Shown: positions 38,122-48,295 of the stretch, piece by piece
Numbering within the stretch: position 1 is the first letter of the stretch
Layout of the letters: every line of letters starts with the position of its first letter
From: an uncultured Terracidiphilus sp.
Lineage (GTDB): Bacteria > Acidobacteriota > Terriglobia > Terriglobales > Acidobacteriaceae
Direction of reading: 5' to 3'
DNA: 64,000 nucleotides
Assembly: GCA_964569985.1 (NCBI GenBank)
Contig: CAZMWL010000022.1
Coordinates: forward strand, 2,328-66,327
Notes under the pieces: model-generated
The model's database searches: none
Seen by the model: only the letters and a program-made list of their open reading frames with translations
Told to the model about the DNA's origin: nothing
Translations under genes and position numbers: made by a program

Positions 38122-39900
38122 TCAGTGGGAAAACGCCGGCGGCAGCCGCACCGGATAAATCCAATTCGCGTGCGGCGCAATCCACGTGCGATACATCACC
38201 GGCGGAAATGCAATCTGCCCTCCGCATGCTCCTCGATCCAGAAAAGTGGCATAAACAGGTTGGATGACTGGCGTCCGGTCCAGAAACCCGACCGACCACA
38301 CATCCATAAAATCGGCAGACGGCGGCTGGCAATCTTCCACGAATGAGCCCGCGGCGTTCGGCACATAGGCCCCTGCGGGAATACGAATCCTGTCGTCGTT
38401 GATGGTTCCGGCTTTTTCAATTTGCGTCCAGCCTTCGAATTCCCACGGTCCCACAATGGCTGTCGCAGGCACGCCATGGGACTCGATCTCGTCGACTGTT
38501 GTCACATAGCCGCGATGCAAGGCAAACGCGTCGTGCGTTGCCGCAATGCTGAAACCGCCGAATAGAGCGATCAAAAAAACGCAAACCCAGGGCAATTTTG
38601 CTCTCACGCGCTCTTGGTAATAGCGGGCCAGCACGAGAAGAAGAACGACGAGCAACGGCAAAAGATATCGATCGTTGAATCCGAACGACAGCATGAGCAC
38701 CGTCAAGAGGGCAGTCATAGCTGCGCTAAACGGTCCGGCGACGGTCCACAATTCCTGCCACGATATCGCAGCCACCGCTGGTTTCGGTGCGAGGTGCCCA
38801 CGCGCACCCGCGAAATGGCACGCGACAAGGCTCAAAATGCCGAGCATGATCGCAACTGTAAGCAACAAGCCAAGGCTGTCACGTGCAATCGCAAGGCCAC
38901 TTCCCTGCGCCGCAAGGTTGCTCAGCCTTTCCCATGCAGAATCGGTCATGAAGTCGCTAAGAAACGGAGCCAGCCAATAATGCAATTTGCCCGTGCGAAT
39001 CAGTGCGGTGGCGGGAACGACGAAGCAGAGAATGCCGGCCGCGAAGGCGACCCCCGCCCGACGATTCCATAAGCGAAAAGATCCCACAAACATCACCAGC
39101 ACTGGTAATGCCAATAGCGGCAGCTGTGCAGCGGCTTGCAAGCAGGATCTTGCGAAAACTCTCAGAGCTGCCGAATTCACGCCGCCGGAAGGCAAAGATA
39201 CCAGGATGGAATATGGCTGCCTGGCATACCAATGCATCGCAACCACAATCAAGGCGACTCCGACGACCCAGGAGATGCACCCGGCAATGAGCACTCGCCG
39301 CTTGCGCCGGAGCAGCCAGAGTGTGCAGGGAACCATCACTAACACGCCAAGCCAGGCGATCTGCCGCGCCGTACCACCAAGCGCATTCACGAGCGCTGCA
39401 AGGCTGATCCAGACCATCGCAGAGCGTTCGCTCTCTGCCTGCATCGCGCGCAAGCACATATAAAGGCAGACCACGATGCACAAGACACCCGAAATATCGG
39501 ACATAAATGTAAATGCGTATGGAAAGTAGAGCGGCGAAAGCACAAAGGTCAGCGTCGCCAGAGTTGCATTCCAGGGGTTCAAGCCGGCGCGGACAAAAGT
39601 GCGCTGCAGCAAGAACGCCGTCGCCATGGCCTCGACCATCGTGGCGAAGCGGACCACGGTAAAGGAAAAGCCGAAAAGCTTGACGAACAACGCTCCGACA
39701 TAGAGCTGCCATCCGAGCATGGGGGTTGCCCACCCGTTATAAACGATGTGGCCGGTTTGGGCGAGCACCTGGGCCGTCTTGATAAAGGACCAGTCGTCCT
39801 CCATGCCGATCTCCGCGTACGGGCGGATCGCGAAATAACAGGCGAGCAGAGTCAACGGGCAAACAATCGCCGGCAGGTAGTTCTTTACCGCTACTCGCAA
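38122..39900 (-). CDS. GT-C fold (ArnT/PMT-like) membrane glycosyltransferase, paralog A
   Basis: EDDWSF after the first helix, MSDISG, RQ, DRYLLPL, multiple TM helices; TTG start after GGAGGAG. Confidence 0.75.
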   Translation of the reverse strand: MRVAVKNYLPAIVCPLTLLACYFAIRPYAEIGMEDDWSFIKTAQVLAQTGHIVYNGWATPMLGWQLYVGALFVKLFGFSFTVVRFATMVEAMATAFLLQRTFVRAGLNPWNATLATLTFVLSPLYFPYAFTFMSDISGVLCIVVCLYMCLRAMQAESERSAMVWISLAALVNALGGTARQIAWLGVLVMVPCTLWLLRRKRRVLIAGCISWVVGVALIVVAMHWYARQPYSILVSLPSGGVNSAALRVFARSCLQAAAQLPLLALPVLVMFVGSFRLWNRRAGVAFAAGILCFVVPATALIRTGKLHYWLAPFLSDFMTDSAWERLSNLAAQGSGLAIARDSLGLLLTVAIMLGILSLVACHFAGARGHLAPKPAVAAISWQELWTVAGPFSAAMTALLTVLMLSFGFNDRYLLPLLVVLLLVLARYYQERVRAKLPWVCVFLIALFGGFSIAATHDAFALHRGYVTTVDEIESHGVPATAIVGPWEFEGWTQIEKAGTINDDRIRIPAGAYVPNAAGSFVEDCQPPSADFMDVWSVGFLDRTPVIQPVYATFLDRGACGGQIAFPPVMYRTWIAPHANWIYPVRLPPAFSH

Positions 39901-40055
39901 CCTGAGGCTCCTCCCTGAAACCCATGCACTGGCCACTATCGTAACGGATTCAACGAGTCTTACGAGACAATTCCCTGTGGGTACGGCCCCACATCGGGCC
40001 ACGGTCACTGGCGCAATGATTTGGTCCACGATGCACCGTCGGCTGGCCGGGCATT

Positions 40056-41840
40056 TCAGTGGGGAAGGAACGGCGGCAGCCGCACCGGATAAATCCAATT
40101 CGTGTGCGGCGCGATCCACGTGCGATACATCACCGGCGGGAATGCAACCTGACCGCCGCATACGCCCGGTTCGAGGAAAGTGGCATAAACGGGTTTGATG
40201 ACTGGCGTCAACCACAGAAACTTGACCGACCACACATCCATAAAATCGGCAGACGGCGGCTCGCAATCCTCCAGGAGTGAGCTCGCGGCCGGCGGCACGT
40301 AAGCCCCTGCAGGAACCCGAGTCCCTGGGGCGTTGATGTACCCGGCTTTTTCAATTTGCGTCCAGCTTTCGAATTCCCACGGTCCCGCAATGGCTGTCGC
40401 AGGCACGCCATGGGACTCGATCTCGCCGGCTGCCGTCGCAAAGCCGCGATACAAAGCAAACTTGTCGTGCGTGGCAGCGATGCTGAACCCACCGAAAATG
40501 GCAATCAGCAGAACGCAGGCCAGCGGCAGCTTCGCTTTCACCCGGTCCTGGTAATAGCGGGCCAGTATGAGAAGCAGAACGACAAGCAACGGCAATAGAT
40601 ATCGATCGTTGAATGCGAACGACACCATGATCAGCATCAAAAGGGCGATGGTAGCCGCGCTAAAGGGTCCGGCGACGATCCATGTTTCCTGCCATGAGCT
40701 CGCGGTTGCCGCTGATTTCCGTCGGAGCTGCCCACGCGCACCCGTGAAAAGGCACGCGACAAGGCTCAGAATGCCGAGTAGGGTCGCAAGCGTAAGCAAC
40801 TCGCCAAGGCTGTCACGCGCAATCGCAATGTGACTTCCCCGGGCTGTAATGGTGCTTAGTCTTCCGAATGCAGTATCGGTTATGTAGTCGCTAAGAATAG
40901 GAAAAGAGGCCAGCCAATAATGCAGTTTGTCGGCGCCAACCAGCGCGATTCCGGGAACGGCGAAACACAGAATTCCGGCCGCGAAGGCGACCCCCGCCCG
41001 GCGATTCCATGAGCGAAAAGATCCCGCAAACATCAGCAGCACCGGCAATGCCAACAGTGCCAAATATTCGATGGTTCGCAAGCAGGTTCTCCCGAGAATT
41101 CTCAGAGCTTCCGCATGCATACCGCCGGAAGGCAGAGATACAGGAATGGTGTACGGTTGCCGCGAGAACCAGCACATTGCGGCGGCCACAATGCCCACTC
41201 CTACCACCCAGGAGATGCACCCGGCCACGAGCACCCGCCGGCTTTTCCTGAGCAGCCAGAGCGTACAGGGAACCATCACCAGCAAGCCAAGCCAGGCGAT
41301 CTGCCGCGTGGTTCCACCAAGCGCATTCACGAGCGCAGCCAGGACGACCCAGAGCGTGGCGGCGTGCTCGCTCCTCGCTTGTAAAGCGCGCAGACACATG
41401 TAAAGGCAGACCACGATGCATAAGACGCCCGAAACGTCGTTCATGAACGTGAAAACCAATGGGAAGTAAAGCGGAGAAAAAACGAAGGTCAGCGTCGCCA
41501 GGGTAGCGTTCCAGGAGTTCAGTCCGGCCCGAACAAAAGTGCGCTGCAGCAGGGATGTGCTCGCCATCGCTTCGATTACGGTGCAGAATCGGACTGCGGT
41601 GAACGAGAACCCGAAGAGCTTGATGAACAATGCTCCGAAATAGATCTGCCAGCCCAGCATCGGGCTGCCCCATCCGTTATAGGCGATGTGGCCGGTTTGG
41701 GCGAGCACCTGCGCCGTCTTGATATACGACCAGTCGTCAATGATGCCGATCTCTGCGTACGGCTGGATCACGAAATAGCAGGCAAGCAAAGTCAACGGGC
41801 ATACAATCGCCGGTAGGAAGTTCTTCACCGCTGCTCGCAA
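40056..41840 (-). CDS. GT-C fold membrane glycosyltransferase, paralog B
   Basis: IDDWSY, MNDVSG, DRYLLPL; colinear with paralog A; TTG start after GGAGGA. Confidence 0.75.
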   Translation of the reverse strand: MRAAVKNFLPAIVCPLTLLACYFVIQPYAEIGIIDDWSYIKTAQVLAQTGHIAYNGWGSPMLGWQIYFGALFIKLFGFSFTAVRFCTVIEAMASTSLLQRTFVRAGLNSWNATLATLTFVFSPLYFPLVFTFMNDVSGVLCIVVCLYMCLRALQARSEHAATLWVVLAALVNALGGTTRQIAWLGLLVMVPCTLWLLRKSRRVLVAGCISWVVGVGIVAAAMCWFSRQPYTIPVSLPSGGMHAEALRILGRTCLRTIEYLALLALPVLLMFAGSFRSWNRRAGVAFAAGILCFAVPGIALVGADKLHYWLASFPILSDYITDTAFGRLSTITARGSHIAIARDSLGELLTLATLLGILSLVACLFTGARGQLRRKSAATASSWQETWIVAGPFSAATIALLMLIMVSFAFNDRYLLPLLVVLLLILARYYQDRVKAKLPLACVLLIAIFGGFSIAATHDKFALYRGFATAAGEIESHGVPATAIAGPWEFESWTQIEKAGYINAPGTRVPAGAYVPPAASSLLEDCEPPSADFMDVWSVKFLWLTPVIKPVYATFLEPGVCGGQVAFPPVMYRTWIAPHTNWIYPVRLPPFLPH

Positions 41841-42038
41841 AGGTTGGTTCCTCCCTGGAAATGAGATCCTGACTCTCATGGTCGCAGATTCGGTGCTTTC
41901 CGATACCCCGATCTTTCCACAAGGCGCGGGCGCTCCGGAGCTTCGAAACTGCAAGTGCAGCGCAGAGTGCGGGCTGGGCCGGCGGTTACTCCCTCCCGTC
42001 CCAAGCGGAAAGCCTCGTCGACGCGCTACCATTCCATC

Positions 42039-45000
42039 GTGAGCACTTCTTCATTTTCCATCCTTTCCAATCCCGCTCCGCTCGACCATGAGCGTTTCTC
42101 GGCGCATCGCGAACTGGAGAGTCTTCTTAAAAAATCTCTGCGCGGCCCAGATTCCTCCAGTCTTGTCCGCTTCGATCTCGGCTCGCGCGCCCTCTACGCC
42201 GCCGATGCTTCGAATTACCGCCAGTTGCCCATCGGTGTAGTTTTCCCGCGCGATGCCGCCGACGTGGAGGCCGCGCTGGCGGCTTGCCGCGCCACCGGCG
42301 CTGCCGTGCTTCCCCGCGGCGCAGGCACCAGTCTCGCTGGCCAGTGCGTCAACGTGGCCGTGGTCTTCGACTTTTCCCGCTTCATGAATTCACTTGAGGA
42401 GTTGGACCCCGCGAAGCGGATTGCACGCGTCCAGCCCGGCATTGTGCTCGACCGCCTGCGCGACGCCGCCGAACTTCATCACCTCACCTACGCGCCCGAT
42501 CCCGCCACGCATTCGCGCTGCACGCTCGGCGGCATCGTCGGCAACAACAGTTGCGGCGTCCACGGCCTGCTGGGCGGCAAAGCCGTCGACAATGTGGAAT
42601 CGCTCGACATCGTTCTCTACGACGGCACGAAGATGACGGTGGGCTCGACGTCTCCTGCCGAGCTCGACGCGCTCGTCCGCTCCGGTGGCCGCGTGAGCCA
42701 AATCTACACCGGCCTGGCGCGCATCCGCGACCGCTACGCTGCCTTGGTGCGCGAAAAATTCCCGCGCATTCCCCGCCGCGTCTCCGGCTATAACCTCGAC
42801 GAGTTGTTGCCGGAAAACAACTTCCACGTGGCCCGCGCGCTCGTGGGTTCTGAAGGCACCTGCGTCAACATCGTCTCGGCGACGTTAAACCTCACCGCCA
42901 GCCCGCCCTTCCGCGTGCTCACCGTGCTTGGCTTCAGCGATGCCTTTCTCGCCGCCGATGCCGTCCCTCTCGCCCTCGAACACAAGCCTATCGGCCTCGA
43001 AGGTTTCGATTACCTGCTCGTCGATTTCATGCGCCGCAAAGGGCTTGCGCTGCGCGATCTTGATAGGCTGCCTGACGGAGTTGGTTTTCTGCTTGTCGAA
43101 ATGGGCGCGTGGTCCCAGGAAGAAGCGCTGGCCAAGGCCGAATCCATTGCCCGCGCCTCGCAAGCCTGGCCCTCCCCGCCGGTGGCGCACATCTGTACGC
43201 CGGAGGAAGCTGCCTCTGTCTGGCACGTGCGCGAGTCCGCTCTCGGCGCCATGGTTTTTGTGCCCGGCGAGCCTGATCGCTTCGAGGGCTGGGAAGATGC
43301 TGCCGTGCCGCCTGCGCAGCTCGGCAACTATTTGCGCGCTATCAGCAAGCTCATGGCCGAATACGGCTTCCGCAGTCCGCTCTACGGCCATTACGGACAG
43401 GGCTGCGTGCACACCCGTATTAATTTCGACTTCTCGACTCCAAAAGGAATAAAAATATTCCGGGAGTTCATCGATCGCGCCGCAGATGTCGTGCTTTCTT
43501 TTGGCGGCTCGCTTTCCGGCGAGCACGGCGACGGCCAGGCGCGCGCGGCCCTGCTGCCCAAGATGTTCGGCCCCGAGCTCGTGGAGGCCTTCCGCGAGTT
43601 CAAAAGGCTCTGGGATCCGGACAACCGCATGAATCCCGGCAAGCTCTCTGACGCGGTACGTGTCTACGACCCCACAGAAAACCTGCGGCATGCCCCGCAC
43701 CTCGACCGTGCCCCATCCAATTTGTCCGGCGTGGGAAACCACGACGGACAGATTGGGTGGGAAACCAACCTCACCGGGGAAACTCACTTCGCCTTCGCCA
43801 AAGACAACGGCTCCCTGGCGCGCGCCACCGAACGCTGCGTCGGTGTCGGCTCCTGCCGCAACACCGTGGGCGGCGTCATGTGCCCCAGTTACCGCGCCAC
43901 GGGCGAGGAGCAGCACTCTACCCGCGGCCGCGCGCACCTGCTGTGGGAGATGCTCTCCGGCGCCCTCCGTGACGAAGGCTTCCAGAGCCGTGCCGTCCAC
44001 GAAGCTCTCGATCTCTGCCTCAGTTGCAAGGCCTGCAAATCCGAGTGCCCGGTGCAGGTCGACATGGCCGCCTACAAGTCCGAGTTTCTCGCGCAGCGTT
44101 ACAAGGGCCGCCTGCACCCGCTCCACCACTACATCTTTGGCTTTGCCGACCAACTCGCCCGCTACGGCTCGCTCGTGCCGGCGCTCACGAATGCGATCCT
44201 CACCGGCCCTCTGACCAGCCCGCTCATCAAGCGCATCGCCGGTGTGGCCCGAGAGCGGCAATTGCCGCGCCTCGCGTCGAAAACCTTCCAGCAATCGCGC
44301 AACTCTTCCACAGATCTCCTCCAAAAGTCTGCCCCACCGCAGGTGGTCCTCCTCTGGCCCGACACCTGGAACAACTACTACCATCCGCAGTCTCTCCATG
44401 CCGCGGAATCCGTTCTCAACCTTGCCGGCTTCCGCGTGGAAACGCCCCGCGGACACATTTGCTGCGGCCGTCCGCTCTACGATTTCGGCCTGCTTCCCGC
44501 GGCCCGGTCCTATCTCGCACAGGTTCTCCGCCGCATGGCTCCGCAGATCGATGCCGGCCTGCCCTTTGTCTTTCTCGAGCCCAGTTGCGCCAGCGTCTTC
44601 AAAGACGAGCTTCTCGAACTCTTCCCCAAGGATGCCCGCGCGCAGCGCCTCAGCGAGCAAGTCTGGCTTTTTGCCGACTTTCTCGCCGCCCGCGCGCCCG
44701 GCTTCGTTTTTGGCCGACTTGACGGCGCGCATATTCTCGTCCACGGCCACTGCCATCACAAAGCGGTTTTCGGCGGCCCGGGCAACGAAATCGCGCTTCT
44801 TCGCGAGGCCGGCGCCGCGGTCGAGCTGATCCAGGCGGGTTGCTGCGGCATGGCCGGCCCGTTTGGCTTTGAAGCCGATAAATTCGAGGTGTCGAAGACC
44901 ATCGCCAACCAGGGCCTGCTCCCGGCCGTTCAATCCGCAGGGCCAACCGCGATTGTGGTTGCCGACGGCTTCAGTTGCCGCGAGCAGATCGACCAGTTGG

Positions 45001-45062
45001 CTCACACCAAGGCGCTCCATTTTGCCGAGGTTCTGGCGCACTCTTGCCGCTGCGGCGGGTGA
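42039..45062 (+). CDS. FAD-binding and Fe-S-binding oxidoreductase (YdiJ/GlcD-GlcF fusion type)
   Basis: PRGAGTSLAGQ, GSEGT, SGEHGDG, CVGVGSC, CLSCKACKSECP, CCG domains. Confidence 0.92.
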   Translation: MSTSSFSILSNPAPLDHERFSAHRELESLLKKSLRGPDSSSLVRFDLGSRALYAADASNYRQLPIGVVFPRDAADVEAALAACRATGAAVLPRGAGTSLAGQCVNVAVVFDFSRFMNSLEELDPAKRIARVQPGIVLDRLRDAAELHHLTYAPDPATHSRCTLGGIVGNNSCGVHGLLGGKAVDNVESLDIVLYDGTKMTVGSTSPAELDALVRSGGRVSQIYTGLARIRDRYAALVREKFPRIPRRVSGYNLDELLPENNFHVARALVGSEGTCVNIVSATLNLTASPPFRVLTVLGFSDAFLAADAVPLALEHKPIGLEGFDYLLVDFMRRKGLALRDLDRLPDGVGFLLVEMGAWSQEEALAKAESIARASQAWPSPPVAHICTPEEAASVWHVRESALGAMVFVPGEPDRFEGWEDAAVPPAQLGNYLRAISKLMAEYGFRSPLYGHYGQGCVHTRINFDFSTPKGIKIFREFIDRAADVVLSFGGSLSGEHGDGQARAALLPKMFGPELVEAFREFKRLWDPDNRMNPGKLSDAVRVYDPTENLRHAPHLDRAPSNLSGVGNHDGQIGWETNLTGETHFAFAKDNGSLARATERCVGVGSCRNTVGGVMCPSYRATGEEQHSTRGRAHLLWEMLSGALRDEGFQSRAVHEALDLCLSCKACKSECPVQVDMAAYKSEFLAQRYKGRLHPLHHYIFGFADQLARYGSLVPALTNAILTGPLTSPLIKRIAGVARERQLPRLASKTFQQSRNSSTDLLQKSAPPQVVLLWPDTWNNYYHPQSLHAAESVLNLAGFRVETPRGHICCGRPLYDFGLLPAARSYLAQVLRRMAPQIDAGLPFVFLEPSCASVFKDELLELFPKDARAQRLSEQVWLFADFLAARAPGFVFGRLDGAHILVHGHCHHKAVFGGPGNEIALLREAGAAVELIQAGCCGMAGPFGFEADKFEVSKTIANQGLLPAVQSAGPTAIVVADGFSCREQIDQLAHTKALHFAEVLAHSCRCGG
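43709..43762 (+). repeat. REP-like palindrome within the oxidoreductase reading frame
   Basis: TGCCCCATCCAATTTGTCCG...CGGACAGATTGGGTGGGA; same ends as the intergenic copies. Confidence 0.75.
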
Positions 45063-45265
45063 ATCGCGCGCCCTTGACCTGCGCGCGGTCGGTCGGCCAT
45101 CGCTTGCCTCACTTCCCGCATCCAATGCGGGGAGGTTCACGTGCAGGTACTTCCTGCGCCTGCCCTCAATGCCCAACCTGCGGGATGCCGGTCACTTGCG
45201 GTAGACTTGGACTGATTGGTACCCTCAGGCATCCTTTGTACGGTAGCGAAAGGAGAAATCCCCTC

Positions 45266-45694
45266 ATGGCAGACGAAAATAAATCCTATGGAGTAGCGTG
45301 GTTCCTGGCCGGATTGGGCGTTGGCGCGCTGGTTGGCATTCTTTACGCCCCCAAGAGCGGCCGCGAAACCCGCGAGGGCATCGCGCAAGGCGCTCGCGAG
45401 GGCACCGAATATTTACGTGTCCGCACGCGCGAGGCCGCGGAGAATGTCACCGCATTGGTCGACAAGGGCAGGGAACATGTGAGCGCCTTCGTCGACAAGG
45501 GCAAGGAGCAGGTGGGCGAATACGTCGATCGCGGCCGTGATGCCGTCGATCGCGGACGCGCCCAATGGGAAGAGTTTGTGGAGCGGGGCAAGAATCTCGT
45601 CACCGACCAGACCTCACGGGTCAGCGCCGCTGTTGAAGCGGGCCGTGAAGCCTACCACGCGTCGGCCAGCGAGCCCGAGAGCCACGAGGGCTGA
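45266..45694 (+). CDS. YtxH-domain protein
   Basis: FLAGLGVGALVGILYAPKSGRETR; AAGGAG RBS. Confidence 0.9.
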   Translation: MADENKSYGVAWFLAGLGVGALVGILYAPKSGRETREGIAQGAREGTEYLRVRTREAAENVTALVDKGREHVSAFVDKGKEQVGEYVDRGRDAVDRGRAQWEEFVERGKNLVTDQTSRVSAAVEAGREAYHASASEPESHEG

Positions 45695-45883
45695 GAGCGG
45701 GCAGTTTCGGGTTCAGGTCCTTCCCCGCCTCGTGTGGCCGCATCATTTCTTCCCGCGCCGGGCGCGAGAGCAGGGTTAACAAGCTCCTGCGCCGGCTCTG
45801 GGTACACCGCCGCTTTTCCCCCCGGAAGCGAGCGAGACCGGTACTGACATAAAGTCGCAGAACCCTTGCGCGAGGGCAACGCC

Positions 45884-46411
45884 ATGCCAAAACTCGATAA
45901 TCAGACCATTCAGCTCGCCCTGGTTGCCGCGGTGGCGCTGGCCATGCTGATTCAGGCCATCGTTCTTCTTGCCGCACTCGTCGCCCTGCGCAAACTGGCC
46001 AGGAACATCACCGAACAGGTCGAAGACATGCGCTCCTCGGTGATGCCTGTCATCGAAAGCACGCGTGATCTTTTCGCGCGTCTCGCGCCGAAACTTGAAG
46101 AAACCACGACCGACCTCGCCTTTCTCACGCGCGCCCTGCGCGATCAGACCGCCGACGTACAAGCCGCGGCCGATGAGATCATTGCGCGCGCGCGGCGTCA
46201 GGCCAGCCGCCTCGACACCATGCTTTCCAGCGTTCTCGACGCCGTGGACCGCGCCAGCGTCTTTATGGCCGACACCGTGGCCAAGCCCATGCGCCAGCTC
46301 TCCGCGTTTCTCGCTTCCGCAAAGGCTGTCGTGGAGTCGCTGCGAAGCACGGACGGCGCGTCGCGCGCAGAGGCGAATCGCGGCTCCGGCGATAACGACA
46401 TGTTTGTGTAG
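45884..46411 (+). CDS. Membrane-anchored helical protein (DUF948-like)
   Basis: N-terminal TM helix plus long amphipathic helices; follows ytxH. Confidence 0.7.
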   Translation: MPKLDNQTIQLALVAAVALAMLIQAIVLLAALVALRKLARNITEQVEDMRSSVMPVIESTRDLFARLAPKLEETTTDLAFLTRALRDQTADVQAAADEIIARARRQASRLDTMLSSVLDAVDRASVFMADTVAKPMRQLSAFLASAKAVVESLRSTDGASRAEANRGSGDNDMFV

Positions 46412-46417
46412 CATCGA

Positions 46418-46509
46418 GTAGCGCCGATCTCCAGGCCGGGGTCCCCAAGAAACGGTCTTTGTTTCTTGGGGTGGTAGACCGGCTGTCGTGCGGGCGTCTA
46501 CGCCCGCAC
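46418..46509 (+). repeat. Composite GTAG-type palindromic repeat with a nested hairpin
   Basis: CCCCAAGAAAC/GTTTCTTGGGG hairpin flanked by CCGG; GTGCGGGCGT/ACGCCCGCAC hairpin. Confidence 0.6.
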
Positions 46510-46531
46510 AGTTTCAGCAAAGAGACTCAGC

Positions 46532-47143
46532 ATGCGCACCCTCGATCCCGCCCAAATCGCGCCCAACGACACGTACAAGCTCATGATCGGCATGATCGTG
46601 CCGCGCCCCATCGCCTTCGTCTCTACCATCGATGCTGCCGGCATCCGGAACCTCGCGCCCTTCAGCTACTTCACCGCGTGCAGCTCCAACCCTCCTGTGG
46701 TCTGCTTCTGCACCTCCGTCCGCACCGGCCCGCGCCCTTACAAGGACACGTTGTTGAACGTCGAAGCCACGGGTGAGTTCGTCGTCAACATTGTTTCAGA
46801 GGAATTTGCCGGGCAGATGAACCTGTGCTCTGCCGACGTACCGCCCGAAGTCGACGAGTTCGAACTTTCAGGCCTGACCGCGCTGGCGAGCGACCTGGTG
46901 AAGGCGCCGCGTGTGGCCGAAAGCAAGGTGCAGATGGAGTGCCGCCTGCATCAGATCATCCGTGTCAGCGACCAGCCCGGCGGAGGCATCCTGGTGCTGG
47001 GCGAGGTCTTGCGCTTCCACGTGCAGGAGTCGCTGCTTGACGGCTACAAAATCGACCCCGACCGGCTCAACGCCATCGGCCGCATGGGTGGCCCGACCTA
47101 CGTCCGCACGCGCGACCGCTTCGAAATGCAGCGGCCGAAGTAG
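46532..47143 (+). CDS. Flavin reductase family protein
   Basis: VPRPIAFVST, NLAPFSYF, KDT..N..ATGEFVVN, IGRMGGPTY. Confidence 0.92.
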   Translation: MRTLDPAQIAPNDTYKLMIGMIVPRPIAFVSTIDAAGIRNLAPFSYFTACSSNPPVVCFCTSVRTGPRPYKDTLLNVEATGEFVVNIVSEEFAGQMNLCSADVPPEVDEFELSGLTALASDLVKAPRVAESKVQMECRLHQIIRVSDQPGGGILVLGEVLRFHVQESLLDGYKIDPDRLNAIGRMGGPTYVRTRDRFEMQRPK

Positions 47144-47173
47144 CAGCGGTCCTCTCGAATATTCGCGAAGTTT

Positions 47174-48289
47174 TCAGACGATCCAGCCGCCGCCCACCAC
47201 TTCGTCGCCGTCGTAGAACACGGCCGACTGCCCCGGCGTCACCGCACGCTGCGGCTCATCGAAGGTGGCCAGCACCTCGTCCGGCCCCGCAGGCTCGAGC
47301 GTGGCCCACGCCGGCTCGTGCCGGTGCCGGATCTTGGCCCGCACCCGCATCGGCTCCGTCAACTCGGCAATGCTGATCCAGTTCAGCCGCCGTGCGCGCA
47401 TTGTCTGCGTAGCAAGTTCCGCATCCGCGCCCACCGTCACGCGATGGCTCGCGGGATCAATGTTCAGCACATAAAGCGGTGACGTGGACGCCACGCCCAG
47501 CCCCTTGCGCTGGCCCACGGTGAAGTTCGAGATTCCCTCGTGCTTCCCGATCACCTCGCCGTTCGCAGCCACCAGTTCGCCCGCCGTCTCCGGCATTCGC
47601 TCGCCCTGCTCCTCGAGATACGCCGTCAAAAACTGCTTGTAATCGCCGCCGGGAATGAAGCAGATCTCCTGCGAGTCGGGCTTCTCGGCCAGCCGCAATC
47701 CGTGTTGCCGCGCCGCCTCGCGCACCTCCGGCTTGGTCATGTGGCCCAGCGGAAACAGCGTCCGCGACAACTGCTCCTGCGTCAGCCCGAAAAGAAAATA
47801 CGTCTGATCCTTCGCCAAATCCGCCGGCCGCTTCAAAATCCAGCGCCCGCGCTTCTCGTCGAATTCGTTCACCGCGTAGTGACCTGTCGCAATGTACTCC
47901 GCGCCAATGCTCCGCGCCGTCTTCAGAAGCTGATCGAACTTGATGTGGTTGTTGCAGAGAGAGCAGGGAATCGGCGTGCGTCCGGCGAGATACTCATCGA
48001 CAAACGGCCGCACAACGTCGCGCTCGAACCGCTCCTCCTGGTTCACCACGTAATACGGAATCCCCAGGTCCTCGGCCACGCGCCGCGCGTCATACACATC
48101 GTCGATGGAGCAGCAACGGCCTGCCTTCGGCGCGTCCGGAATCCCATGCTTGCCCGCCAGCCGCGTCTGATCCCAAAGGTGCAGCGTCAGCCCAACGACG
48201 CTCACACCCGAATGCGCAAGCATCGCCGCCGCCGCCGAGGAGTCAACCCCTCCGGACATAGCCACCGCGATCGTCGTATCAGAGTTCAT
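47174..48289 (-). CDS. mnmA: tRNA 2-thiouridine synthase MnmA
   Basis: AMSGGVDSS, ATGHY, KDQTYFL, DSQEICF, TVGQRKGL, VTPGQSAVFY. Confidence 0.97.
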   Translation of the reverse strand: MNSDTTIAVAMSGGVDSSAAAAMLAHSGVSVVGLTLHLWDQTRLAGKHGIPDAPKAGRCCSIDDVYDARRVAEDLGIPYYVVNQEERFERDVVRPFVDEYLAGRTPIPCSLCNNHIKFDQLLKTARSIGAEYIATGHYAVNEFDEKRGRWILKRPADLAKDQTYFLFGLTQEQLSRTLFPLGHMTKPEVREAARQHGLRLAEKPDSQEICFIPGGDYKQFLTAYLEEQGERMPETAGELVAANGEVIGKHEGISNFTVGQRKGLGVASTSPLYVLNIDPASHRVTVGADAELATQTMRARRLNWISIAELTEPMRVRAKIRHRHEPAWATLEPAGPDEVLATFDEPQRAVTPGQSAVFYDGDEVVGGGWIV

Positions 48290-48295
48290 AATTCT

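Noticed and set aside
39901..40266. N-terminal extension of the 714-aa ORF overlapping paralog B
   Set aside because: Open-frame artefact; a TTG with a strong RBS at 39900 matches the paralog's start.
38122..41840. Diversity-generating retroelement TR/VR pair
   Set aside because: Similarity covers two whole genes, differences are not adenine-specific, and no reverse transcriptase is present.
42885..45176. Long antisense ORFs (also 29431-31311, 54058-55851, 56660-58312)
   Set aside because: Shadow frames of high-GC genes with clear family motifs on the opposite strand.
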